This document shows, piece by piece, positions 1 through 9,181 of a stretch of DNA of 64,000 nucleotides. The notes beneath the pieces were generated by a model that searched no databases, was not told the DNA's origin, and saw only the letters and a list, made by a program, of their open reading frames with translations. Every line of letters starts with the position of its first letter. Position 1 is the stretch's first letter. The DNA is taken from positions 352,001-416,000 of the forward strand of contig CAVUCU010000001.1 in the NCBI GenBank assembly GCA_963740085.1, in the 5' to 3' direction. Made by a program: the position numbers and the translations under genes. Origin of the DNA: Nitrospirota bacterium. GTDB taxonomy: Bacteria; Nitrospirota; UBA9217.

Positions 1-972
1 GCCGGCAAAGGGATCGTTGATGGTCTTGAACACCAGGGCGGCCAGGGGTTCATCCGGGGACGGTTTGCGGACCGTTTCATTACCTGTCTTGGGATCTATG
101 CCTTTGATCTTTACGGCGTTGGCATGCTCCACCGGTGACGGGAGACACATGAGAATCATGTCGAGGAGCGGCTGGGTCCCCATGTTCTTGACCGGAGAAC
201 CGCAGAGCACCGGCAGCAGGCCGCCCCCGATGGTACCGTGCTTGAGGCCGGCGATGATTTCCTCCTGGGAGAGATCTCCCTTATCCAGATATTTCTCAAG
301 AAGGCTGTCATCGGTCTCGGCGATCTGCTCCACCAGCTTTTTCCGGTAGGCCGCGGCCTCATTCTGCATGTTCGCGGGAACGTCTTTTTCCTCGAACTTT
401 CCGCTTCCGTCCCTGGCGAAGAGCAGCGCCTTCATTTTGATAAGATCAACAACGCCGGTGAAATTATCTTCAAGACCGATCGGCAGTTGGAGCACGAGGG
501 AGTTCTTGCAGAAATACTTCTCCATATCGCCCACGGCCCGGAAGAAGTCCGCCCGCTCCTTGTCAAGCTTGCTGACGAACGCTATGCGCGGGATCTCGTA
601 ATCGCAGGCGAACTTGTAGATTTTTTCGGTCTCGGCTTTTACGCCCGAGATCGCGGAAACGATGAGAATGGCGCCGTCGACGGCGCGAAGGGTGCCTCTC
701 GCTTCCTCAAGAAAATTGATATATCCGGGGGTGTCGATGATATTGATACGAACGCCTTTCCAGTTGGCGAATCCGAGCGAGGAGGTGATGCTTATCTTCC
801 GGGTCATCTCTTCCGGCTCGTGCATGAACACGGAGTTCCCCGTATCCACGCTCCCCATGAGGTCAACGGCGCCGGACGTGAACAAGAGCGCATCGGCCAG
901 CGAGGTCTTACCGGCTGCCCCATGAGACAGGATCGCGATATTGCGGACTTCCTTGACGTCAACATTCGACAT
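1..972 (-). CDS. fusA: Elongation factor G paralog (EF-G2-like), 5' part; runs off the window start
   Basis: Manual translation (not in the ORF track): MSNVDVKEVRNIAILSHGAAGKTSLADALLF... ending ...PLAALVFKTINDPFAG. G1 motif present. SD GGGAGGAG upstream of ATG 972. Confidence 0.9.
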   Translation of the reverse strand, partial: MSNVDVKEVRNIAILSHGAAGKTSLADALLFTSGAVDLMGSVDTGNSVFMHEPEEMTRKISITSSLGFANWKGVRINIIDTPGYINFLEEARGTLRAVDGAILIVSAISGVKAETEKIYKFACDYEIPRIAFVSKLDKERADFFRAVGDMEKYFCKNSLVLQLPIGLEDNFTGVVDLIKMKALLFARDGSGKFEEKDVPANMQNEAAAYRKKLVEQIAETDDSLLEKYLDKGDLSQEEIIAGLKHGTIGGGLLPVLCGSPVKNMGTQPLLDMILMCLPSPVEHANAVKIKGIDPKTGNETVRKPSPDEPLAALVFKTINDPFAG

Positions 973-1187
973 AGACAACTCCTCCCGTGAACAAAAATTT
1001 TGCCGCTTATACCCATACGATCGACGTCCGACCGTCGATTCTCACTGAAAAGCTGCAAAGCCCCGAGACCACGGGGATAAATTGTGCGGACAAAATACTT
1101 TTTAAACTCTTTACCCCTCCGAGTTCCCGCTATATTAAGTTTGATGAATACAAGATTTCTCTGAGTTTTGATTGCAGAATTTTGGCG

Positions 1188-1454
1188 TCACCATATTTCG
1201 GACTTTATTTTCCCTGCCTGTTTGATCAGAACATCAACGACGGCTTCGTTGAACAGGTTGGAGTCCTTGCGGATAACTTCGTCCACCATGCTTTCGTAAT
1301 ATTTCTTTCCTTCGGCAAGCTCCTCGGTCAGGATGTCGAACAAGCTGTCCTTTTCGATGCCCTCTTTGACCTTTGCCTGGTTGTACAGGAGGATGTCGGA
1401 AAGGATGGTCCTCGCAAGTCTCTTGGCTTCATCTGGTTTTACTATCAATCGCAT
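1188..1454 (-). CDS. Small conserved protein resembling myxobacterial RomX
   Basis: 88 aa with AKRLARTILSDILLYN...GIEKDSLF...EG...KSEIW pattern and C-terminal Trp. Upstream TTGATA-N17-TATCAT promoter. RomX similarity is from memory, not a search. Confidence 0.6.
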   Translation of the reverse strand: MRLIVKPDEAKRLARTILSDILLYNQAKVKEGIEKDSLFDILTEELAEGKKYYESMVDEVIRKDSNLFNEAVVDVLIKQAGKIKSEIW

Positions 1455-1515
1455 AGGCTACGCCCCACATGATAAAATTTCGACAACTACCTATCAATGA
1501 AATCCAAATCGTGTT

Positions 1516-1944
1516 TCACTCCAGGATCTCGACGATAACCGGCTTATACTGCTGTGTTTTTTCAACTTTTTTATTATACATCCTGATAAAGAGAAAAGAT
1601 ACCGCCATGCTCACCATCCCTGCGATGAATGCCCAGAGATCGGAAGAGGATTCCGTACCGTACCGCAGGCCGAGGTTCTTGCCGACGATGGCAGCTGCAA
1701 CAAAGACCGTCATAGGGATGCCGTAAAGAATGATGGACGCCTTCAGATATACTTGCGGGGCAAGCACCACCTTCACCTTCTGTCCCTTTTTTGCCCCGAG
1801 CGGGTTCGATGCTTCCATGTACTCCTGCTCCCCGGGATGGCATATTTCGGAAGCGGAACATTTCTCGCATGCGCTCTTAGCAAGAATGGAAACCTTGGCG
1901 ATATCGCCCGTCACTTCAGCTACGATGCCTTCTTCTTCGATCAT
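1516..1944 (-). CDS. SoxR-reducing system RseC/MucC family membrane protein
   Basis: MIEEEGIV...KSACEKCSASEIC motif, LYGIP, two C-terminal TM helices. Confidence 0.85.
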   Translation of the reverse strand: MIEEEGIVAEVTGDIAKVSILAKSACEKCSASEICHPGEQEYMEASNPLGAKKGQKVKVVLAPQVYLKASIILYGIPMTVFVAAAIVGKNLGLRYGTESSSDLWAFIAGMVSMAVSFLFIRMYNKKVEKTQQYKPVIVEILE

Positions 1945-1967
1945 GCTCCATCCTTGATGAACGCAGG

Positions 1968-3610
1968 CTAAAGCCTGCTTCTACCGGTTTCTTTAACTCT
2001 GATCCCCGAACTCCGAATTTTTTTATTCTTCGCCGCCCTCAATAGTTTATACTCGATGCTGTCCACCAGCGCCTGCCAGCTGGCCTCGATCACGTTCTCG
2101 GACACGCCGACCGTGCCCCACTTGTTCTTTCCGTCGCCGGACTCGATCAGCACCCGCACCCGCGCGGCCGTGCCCTCCGCCGCTGTCAGAACACGCACTT
2201 TATAGTCGAGGAGCCGGACATTCTCCAGACCCTTGCCCGGGAAGTACTTGGGAAGGACCTTCCGAAGCGCCTTGTCAAGCGCATTCACCGGACCATTCCC
2301 CCATGCGGCTGTGTGCTCCACGTTTCCACCTACCTCGACAGTGACCGTGGCCTCGCTCACCGGATTGGGGTCTACCTTCCGCTTTTCCGTCAAGATACGA
2401 TAGTCGATACGGTCGAACATGGAAAAAACCGACTCGTAGCTGTGACCCGCGCGCAGCATCAGGAGTTCCAGCGACCCTTCCGCGCCTTCGAATTCGTATC
2501 CTTCGTTCTCGAGCTCCTTGATCTTCCTGAGTATCACCCCGAGTTCCGGGCTTTGCCTGGTGAGCGGGATCCCGAGCTCTGCCGCTTTCTGGAGAATATT
2601 GCCCTTCCCCGCCATGTCGGACACCAGAATGCGCCTTCTATTCCCCACCAGCTCCGGCCTCACATGTTCATAGGTTAGAGCATTCTTCGACATTGCGTCC
2701 ACATGGATGCCCGCCTTATGAGCAAAGGCGCTGTCGCCAATGTAGGGTTGCCGTTTGCGGTGCTGCATGTTGGCGATCTCGTCCACATAGCGGGACACGT
2801 CACGAAGCTTTGCCAGATTGGCGTCCGAGATGCAGTCCATTCCCAGCTTGAGCTTCAGCGTCGGGATAAGGGAGCAGAGATTGGCGTTTCCGCAGCGCTC
2901 GCCGTAGCCATTGACGGTCCCGTGGACCTGGACCGCTCCCAGCCTGATCGCTGTCAGTGAGTTCGCCACTGCAAGTTCCGCATCGTTGTGCGCGTGGATC
3001 CCGAACGGGATAGCAATCGACTTTTTCACCCGGCTGATGATCTCCTCGACCTCATGGGGCATGGTACCGCCGTTCGTGTCGCACAGAACAAGACAATCCG
3101 CGCCCGCGCCCTCCGCAGCGAGGAGCGTCTGAACCGCATAGTCGGGGTTTGCCTTATACCCGTCGAAAAAATGCTCGGCATCATAGACCACCTCATCCAT
3201 GCGTTTCCTGAGAAATGCGACCGATTCTTCGATCATATCGAGGTTCTCGCCGAGCGTGGTCTTGAGCGCCTTGAGCACATGCAGGTCCCAGGTCTTGCCG
3301 AAAATGGTCGCCACCGGTGCGCCGGACGCAACCAATGCCTTCAAGCTCAGGTCATCGGACACCTTGATCTTTGCGCGGCGGGTCGACCCGAAGGCCGCCA
3401 GCCTGGCCTTTCTGAGCCTGACGCGCCGCATTTCCCTGAAGAACTCGATATCGCGAGGATTCGAGCCCGGCCAGCCACCTTCGATATAATGGACGCCAAA
3501 CTGGTCTAGTTTCCGCGCAACACGGACCTTGTCCTCGACCGAGAAGTTCACGTCCTCGGCCTGCGCCCCGTCACGGAGCGTGGTATCGTATAGGTAGAGA
3601 GTTGTTTCAT
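1968..3610 (-). CDS. cimA: Citramalate synthase, with an apparent 2-nt frameshift just after the start codon
   Basis: YDTTLRDGAQ, EGGWPGSNP, HAHND, GERCGNAN and AHKAGIH motifs plus C-terminal regulatory domain. ATG 3610 is out of frame with YDTTLRDG; removing one CT from ctctct gives MKQLYLYDTTLRDG. Confidence 0.9.
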
Positions 3611-3706
3611 AATCGTATTTCGAATTGCAGATTGCGGAATGCGGATTGAGAGCCTGAAGCAGACAGGGGTCCTTATATTCGGCGATCCGAAATCTGACAT
3701 GATCCG

Positions 3707-4936
3707 CTATACGTCAGCGCGCGCCTTATCCATCTCGAATGTCTCATGGAGCGAGCGTACGGCAAGTTCGGTATATTTCGCATCGATCACAATGGAGATC
3801 TTGATCTCCGACGTGCTGATCATCATGATATTTATGCCCTCTTTGGCCAGACAGGAAAACATCCTGGCGGCTACACCCGAGTGAGAGCGCATGCCGACAC
3901 CGACGATCGAGATCTTTGCGATATCCTCCTTAACGGTCACGCCCTTGGCGCCGATCTCGGCAACGACCTTCTTCATAAGTTCTGAGATTTTCCTGGAATC
4001 CGTCTTCGGCACGGTAAAGGACATGTCCGTCAACCCGCCCTCGCCGATGTTCTGGATGATCATGTCAACGACGATGTTGTTCGCCGATATTTCATTGAAT
4101 ATCTTCGCTGCCACACCGGGCTTGTCCGGAACGCCCGTTACCGTCACTTTTACCTGGTTCTTATCATACGCCACACCCGACACCACCACTTTTTCCATAT
4201 CAGAATCCTCCTTGGTCACAAGGGTCCCCGGGTTGTCGTTGAAACTTGAGAGCACCCGTATGGGAACATTATATTTTTTTGCGAACTCGACGGAACGGGT
4301 CTGGAGCACCTTGGCGCCGAGACTCGCCAGTTCAAGCATTTCGTCATATGAGATCTTGTCCAGTTTCCTGGCCTGTGGCACCATGTTCGGGTCCGTGGTA
4401 TACACGCCGTCCACGTCCGTGTAGATGTCACAGAGGTCCGCCTTGAGCGCGGCGGCGACCGCCACGGCTGAAAGGTCCGACCCGCCGCGTCCCAGGGTCG
4501 TCACATCGTCGGACGTTGCGCTGATTCCCTGGAAACCCGCGACCACGGCGATCTTGCCTTCCTTTATCGCCTGTTTGACCCGCTCGCCTGAGATCTTCTC
4601 GATCCTCGCCCTGGTATGGACGCAGTCGGAGATGATCCCCGCCTGCCTGCCGGTGAAGGACTGCGCCCTGTGCCCCAGCGACTGGATCGCCATGGCCAAC
4701 AGTGAGATGGTCACTCGCTCGCCCGTGGACACCAGCATGTCCAACTCCCGCGGGTCCGGGTTCTCGCTCACCTGATTGGCAAGGTTGATGAGCTTGTCGG
4801 TCTCGCCGCTCATGGCCGACAGGACCACCACGACATCATTGCCTTCTTCTTTGGTCCGGACAACACGTTTTGCCACGTTCCTGATCCGCTCTGGATTCCC
4901 CACGGATGTGCCGCCGTATTTCTGAACGATAAGCAA
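3707..4936 (-). CDS. lysC: Aspartate kinase
   Basis: [18 protein letters not shown] and DVDGVYT motifs, two ACT domains. TTG start with GGAGG 6 nt upstream. Confidence 0.97.
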   Translation of the reverse strand: MLIVQKYGGTSVGNPERIRNVAKRVVRTKEEGNDVVVVLSAMSGETDKLINLANQVSENPDPRELDMLVSTGERVTISLLAMAIQSLGHRAQSFTGRQAGIISDCVHTRARIEKISGERVKQAIKEGKIAVVAGFQGISATSDDVTTLGRGGSDLSAVAVAAALKADLCDIYTDVDGVYTTDPNMVPQARKLDKISYDEMLELASLGAKVLQTRSVEFAKKYNVPIRVLSSFNDNPGTLVTKEDSDMEKVVVSGVAYDKNQVKVTVTGVPDKPGVAAKIFNEISANNIVVDMIIQNIGEGGLTDMSFTVPKTDSRKISELMKKVVAEIGAKGVTVKEDIAKISIVGVGMRSHSGVAARMFSCLAKEGINIMMISTSEIKISIVIDAKYTELAVRSLHETFEMDKARADV

Positions 4937-4970
4937 TCATGACCTCCGTTATAATAAAAACTGCTTTTAA

Positions 4971-5046
4971 CCACAGAGATCGCAGAGAACAGGATTGTAA
5001 AGCCTGCGTTTTGAATCTTAAGTGCTTTTCTCAGCGTCCTTTGTGG
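4971..5046. repeat. Miniature palindromic intergenic repeat (CCACAGAG/CGCAGAG type)
   Basis: Imperfect inverted arms ccacagagatcgcagag ... ctcagcgtcctttgtgg around an AT-rich spacer. Confidence 0.55.
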
Positions 5047-5055
5047 GAAACCTCT

Positions 5056-6285
5056 TTATTCTTTCAAAAAATAATCCATCAGCGTATAGCCTTCTTTGAA
5101 AACCAGCGCATCTTTGCGGTCTGCTATCTTCTCATCATAGGGAACAGGTCCGCCCTTGCGCTCCTTTGTATTGTCGTAGATCACGAAGGGCACGGGATCC
5201 GCCGTATGGGTCCTGAGCTCGACCGGAGTGGGGTGGTCGGGAAGCGACAGGATGCGGTATTCGTCGAACTGCTTCATGCCATGGATGATGTTCCCGACCA
5301 CGAATTCATCAAAGTCCTCAATGGCCCTGAGCTTGTTCTTGAGATCGCCGGTATGTCCCGCCTCGTCGGGCGCCTCTACGTGGAGGTACACGATGTCTTT
5401 GGTCTTAAGCGCCCAGAGCGCATGCTCGGCCTTGCCCACGTAGTTGGTGTCGATCCAGCCCGTGGCGCCCGGCACGTTGATCACATCAAAGCCGGCATAA
5501 ATACCGAGGCCCTTCGTAAGGTCCACCGCCGAGATCATGGACCCTTCGAGGCCGTACTTCTCCCTGAAGGTCGGCATGGTCGGCCGTTTTCCCTGCCCCC
5601 AGAGCCAGATGCTGTTCGCCTGTCGTTTTCCGTTCTCCTGGCGTGCCTTGTTCACCGGATGAGCGAGGAGCAGGTCAAGGGACGACTCCATCAGGGCATT
5701 GATGATATCGTCGCCTTCGCCGCACGGAAGATAGTCCTGAATGTCCTTGTCCTGAATATCGTGAGGTGGCGTGCATTCGATCTTGTCTTTGCCGCCCTTC
5801 CATACCATGAGATGGCGGTAGCTTACGCCGGGATAGAAACGGATGCGGTCACTGCCGAGTTTGCTGTCGATCTCCTCTATGAGCAGCCGGGCCTCCTGCG
5901 TCGTGATGTGACCCGCGCTGAAGTCCTCCATGATCGCTCGCCTTCCCTTGCCCGTTGAGGGAGACTTGCCGCTGATGATGCGCAAGGTCACGAGATTGCA
6001 GCGAAACGCGATATCGTTCGGCGCGAGCTCCACACCGATGCTTGCCGCTTCGAGCGGCGACCGGCCGGTAAAGTACTTCCGCGGGTCATAACCCATCACC
6101 GAGAGGTTGGCCACGTCGCTGCCAGGGGGGAACCCTTCCGGCACCGTGTGCACCATGCCCACCTGCCCGAGCGTCGCGAGCTGGTCGAGGTTCGGCGTCT
6201 TCGCCGCCTGCAGACACGTCTTGCCCCCAAGAGCCGCATGCGGCCTGTCGGCCATCCCGTCACCAAGTAAAATGATATATTTCAT
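5056..6285 (-). CDS. apgM: Cofactor-independent phosphoglycerate mutase, ApgM family (subgroup proposed to act as homoserine kinase)
   Basis: GDGMAD, PGSDVANL, HVEAPDEAGH and PDHPTP metal motifs. Located between hom and lysC. Confidence 0.88.
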   Translation of the reverse strand: MKYIILLGDGMADRPHAALGGKTCLQAAKTPNLDQLATLGQVGMVHTVPEGFPPGSDVANLSVMGYDPRKYFTGRSPLEAASIGVELAPNDIAFRCNLVTLRIISGKSPSTGKGRRAIMEDFSAGHITTQEARLLIEEIDSKLGSDRIRFYPGVSYRHLMVWKGGKDKIECTPPHDIQDKDIQDYLPCGEGDDIINALMESSLDLLLAHPVNKARQENGKRQANSIWLWGQGKRPTMPTFREKYGLEGSMISAVDLTKGLGIYAGFDVINVPGATGWIDTNYVGKAEHALWALKTKDIVYLHVEAPDEAGHTGDLKNKLRAIEDFDEFVVGNIIHGMKQFDEYRILSLPDHPTPVELRTHTADPVPFVIYDNTKERKGGPVPYDEKIADRKDALVFKEGYTLMDYFLKE

Positions 6286-6304
6286 GAGAGACCTTATCGT
6301 TCGT

Positions 6305-6484
6305 TACGAATCAAATTCTTCTCAAAACAGCAAGAAATTTTCTTGCAGTAGCCTATGAAAGAAAAGCGGCCACTTAGGACTTCCGCAGAGCCCGCAGAGA
6401 AAAATCTAAAAATCTGGGTAAAAAAGAGTTCAACGTTTTGATTCAACTCAGCGTCCTCCGCGTGCTCTGCGAGATACGCCTTTT
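6305..6484. repeat. Dispersed MITE-like palindromic repeat carrying a 34-nt insertion
   Basis: Shares tacgaatcaaattctt start and ctctgcgag...cgcctttt end with the copy at 36890-37077. Confidence 0.7.
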
Positions 6485-6488
6485 TGCG

Positions 6489-6731
6489 TTATGAGCTTTC
6501 AAAATCACCTTCAATGGCATCAACCTTCACGCCTCGTTCCCTGAGATACGCGATCCCCTCTTCGAGCTTCTTTTCCGTCCCTTCGAACTCCAGAACCACT
6601 TCGCCCACCGAGTCTGTGATCCTGGCCCGCCTGATATTCGGCATCACGTTGAACTTCTTTGCCATGGTGAAGATCACGGGCTCCTTGATCAGTTCCTTCG
6701 GAAAGATCAGTTTTACCCTCTTCGTCGTCAT
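6489..6731 (-). CDS. Stand-alone NIL domain protein
   Basis: MTTKRVKLIFPKELIKEPVI...PNIRRARIT...GEVVLEFEG. SD GAGGAGGT before ATG 6731. Confidence 0.85.
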   Translation of the reverse strand: MTTKRVKLIFPKELIKEPVIFTMAKKFNVMPNIRRARITDSVGEVVLEFEGTEKKLEEGIAYLRERGVKVDAIEGDFESS

Positions 6732-6858
6732 AGGCACCTCCTCGCGTCGAAGAATACGAAATGGAAAGGACATAACGCAAAATTATTGAGCAATGACTTC
6801 TCGGCCCTCGTTTTTTTTTGCAATTTGCATTTTGAAATTTAAATCGTTGGCTTACTAT

Positions 6859-7131
6859 CTATCCTCCCGCGATAGCCGGCACGATCGAGATCGTGTCTCC
6901 GTCCTTCAGCGCTGTCTCTTCCTTGTCCAGAAAACGGATGTCCTCGTCATTCACGTAGACGTTGATGAACCGCCGGATCTTGCCGCCTTCCGACAACCGC
7001 TCCTGCATGCCAGGGTAGTCCCTCTCGAGCGCGTCAACAAGCTCTTTGACGTTCTTTACCTTGCACTCCACTTCCGCTATGCCTTTCGTCAGACTTTGCA
7101 GCGGCGTCGGAATTCTCACTTTGATTGCCAT
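6859..7131 (-). CDS. MoaD/ThiS-family ubiquitin-like sulfur carrier protein
   Basis: VRIPTPL, INVYVNDEDIRFL and a free C-terminal AIAGG. Confidence 0.93.
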   Translation of the reverse strand: MAIKVRIPTPLQSLTKGIAEVECKVKNVKELVDALERDYPGMQERLSEGGKIRRFINVYVNDEDIRFLDKEETALKDGDTISIVPAIAGG

Positions 7132-7402
7132 ATCACTCCTCCCGATCTCCATAATCCTGGAAACCAATACAAACACATTTGCTTCGATACCTATTTGCCC
7201 CTCACTCATTCCCACCGCTCGGGACGGGCTTTATCCTCTCCGCAGCGGGGAGAAAGGGATACCAGACAGAAGACAATTATTATTTCGTTCGTATTAGAGA
7301 ATAGAAATTAAGTGTTTGAGGAACTGCCTTAATCCCCGGATCACTTTCTGTGAATGTTACTGCTTCAGCGGCTTCTCGATTTCCCGGTGATCGGCATCGG
7401 CC

Positions 7403-7828
7403 CTAGAGAACGGTCAATACGATTTCGCTTACCTTTCCTTCCTGGATCGAGAAACCCCTGGCGACCGGCTTCGCGCGGTCCATGAGGGTAACAATGACGT
7501 ACACGGCATCGGGATAGTTCGGCAGCTGCGTCCCGGGCCAGTACGCCTGATTCACGTCCACGCTCGACGGATAGGCCTGGCTGTGCGGATGGGAATGGAA
7601 CAGACCGATCAGTTCGAGTCCTGAATCCCTGATTTCCTTCATCACGCGAAACTGCTCTTCCGGGTCCATTTCATAATAGTCAGGGCCCGGCTTCGCGTTC
7701 ATCATGCAGTAGGCCTTTTCCACCCTGCCGTCTTTGCCACCAAGCATTCCGCAGGCTTCGTTCGGCGCTGCCGCAAGACAGTGGTCAAAAATAGTTTGAA
7801 GGTCGGATTTCTTGATGATCAATTCCAT
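7403..7828 (-). CDS. JAMM/MPN+ (M67) metallopeptidase, Mec+-like
   Basis: PNEACG and FHSHPHSQAYPSSVD JAMM motif. Confidence 0.92.
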   Translation of the reverse strand: MELIIKKSDLQTIFDHCLAAAPNEACGMLGGKDGRVEKAYCMMNAKPGPDYYEMDPEEQFRVMKEIRDSGLELIGLFHSHPHSQAYPSSVDVNQAYWPGTQLPNYPDAVYVIVTLMDRAKPVARGFSIQEGKVSEIVLTVL

Positions 7829-7914
7829 GCCATTTACCTCAGAGGCGCAGGAAGGGACTCTCAACTTCTCTGATCCTTACTGTTCCGCAATCCGAAATCG
7901 GCAATCCGAAATTC

Positions 7915-8718
7915 CTAATGGCTCATAGAGCAGAACTGCTCATAATCGATCAGTTCCGTGATCGTCGGATGTGCGCCGCATACAGGACAGTCTTTATTCC
8001 GGGGCACTTTTACCGTGCGGAAACTCATATCAAGCGCATTCCACAAGAGGAGCCTGCCCTTCAACGGCTGCCCGATCCCGAGGATGGCCTTGATCACCTC
8101 GGTGGCCTGGAGCGTCCCCACCACTCCGGTGACCACGCCGAGGATGCCTGCCTCCTGGCACGATGGCACCATGCCGGGCGGCGGAGGGACCTCGAACAAG
8201 CAGCGGTAGCACGGCCCGTCACCGGGATAAATGCTCATCACCTGGCCTTCGAACCGGAAGACCGCCGCGCTGATAAGCGTTTTTCCCTGCATCACGCAGG
8301 CATCGTTCACGAGGTAGCGGGTCGGAAAATTGTCGCTTCCGTCCACCACGATATCATAGTCCTTGATAATGTCCATGATATTCTTTGACGACAGTCGCAC
8401 CTTGTGCGTCACGACCTTTACATCATGGTTCAGCGTCTCGTACGTCTCTTTTGCCGAATCGGCCTTGAGCACCCCGATACGGCTGGTGTTGTGTGCGATC
8501 TGGCGCTGAAGGTTCGAGAGCTCCACGTGGTCATTGTCGATCACGCCGATGGTGCCGACGCCTGCCGCGGCGAGATAGTACCCGACCGGCGAGCCGAGAC
8601 CGCCGGCGCCCACAAGAACTACTTTGGCGTTCAGTATCTTCTCCTGCCCTTCCCCGCCGACTTCCGGGAGCAGGATGTGCCTGCTGTATCGCAGTATCTG
8701 GTCTTCAGTGAAATCCAT
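7915..8718 (-). CDS. moeB: MoeB/ThiF family adenylyltransferase (no rhodanese domain)
   Basis: RYSRHI, GAGGLG, SNLQRQ, CYRC, CQEAG and CPVC motifs. Confidence 0.92.
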   Translation of the reverse strand: MDFTEDQILRYSRHILLPEVGGEGQEKILNAKVVLVGAGGLGSPVGYYLAAAGVGTIGVIDNDHVELSNLQRQIAHNTSRIGVLKADSAKETYETLNHDVKVVTHKVRLSSKNIMDIIKDYDIVVDGSDNFPTRYLVNDACVMQGKTLISAAVFRFEGQVMSIYPGDGPCYRCLFEVPPPPGMVPSCQEAGILGVVTGVVGTLQATEVIKAILGIGQPLKGRLLLWNALDMSFRTVKVPRNKDCPVCGAHPTITELIDYEQFCSMSH

Positions 8719-8807
8719 CACGAACTCCGTTCGAATGCAAAATGCAAAGTGGAAAATGAAAAATTAAACTTTCCCAAACTTTGAAATTTGCATTTTACAT
8801 TTTGCAC

Positions 8808-9068
8808 TTAATTTTTTTTCTTCTCTTTATCTTTCCGGACAAACACGTGCCACTCTTTTTCACCTGTCTTGTCGATCCTCAGGACCTTCTGTCCCTCGTT
8901 CTCCATGCTTCTGGGCACGTTCTCTGTCGCCGGCTGATGATCGAAGATGATCTCAAGGACCTCGCCGAGGTTCATCTTCTCGATCGCCAGCTTCGAACGC
9001 ACAAAGGTGTACGGACAAACCTGGCCTTTGAGGTCGATGGTTTTATCTATTTTTATGTCGTCAGTCAT
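8808..9068 (-). CDS. TusA/SirA family sulfurtransferase
   Basis: IDLKGQVCPY motif; 86 aa. Confidence 0.9.
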   Translation of the reverse strand: MTDDIKIDKTIDLKGQVCPYTFVRSKLAIEKMNLGEVLEIIFDHQPATENVPRSMENEGQKVLRIDKTGEKEWHVFVRKDKEKKKN

Positions 9069-9181
9069 GAGCACCTCCGTTGCAATACACCAAATCACAA
9101 GACGCAAATCGCAATAAATTTCGAACGTTCTCCGATACTTGTATTTTGGAATTTTGTTATTTTGCGATTTGCGATTCTCTC

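Noticed and set aside
238-990. 250-aa plus-strand ORF, and similar long antisense ORFs (4939-5958, 9698-10483, 22649-24118, 30987-32015, 33460-34467, 51233-52153, 58187-59251)
   Set aside because: Shadow frames of recognisable genes on the opposite strand, expected in GC-rich DNA; no motifs.
4934-4940. Out-of-frame ATG just upstream of lysC, suggesting another frameshift
   Set aside because: The in-frame TTG has good SD spacing (GGAGG + 6 nt) and gives a normal MLIVQKYGG start.
7140-7400. Possible thrC remnant or riboswitch in the gap between the JAMM and moaD genes
   Set aside because: Only a REP-like hairpin and a 14-codon stretch are visible; no SAM or T-box motifs; too little evidence.
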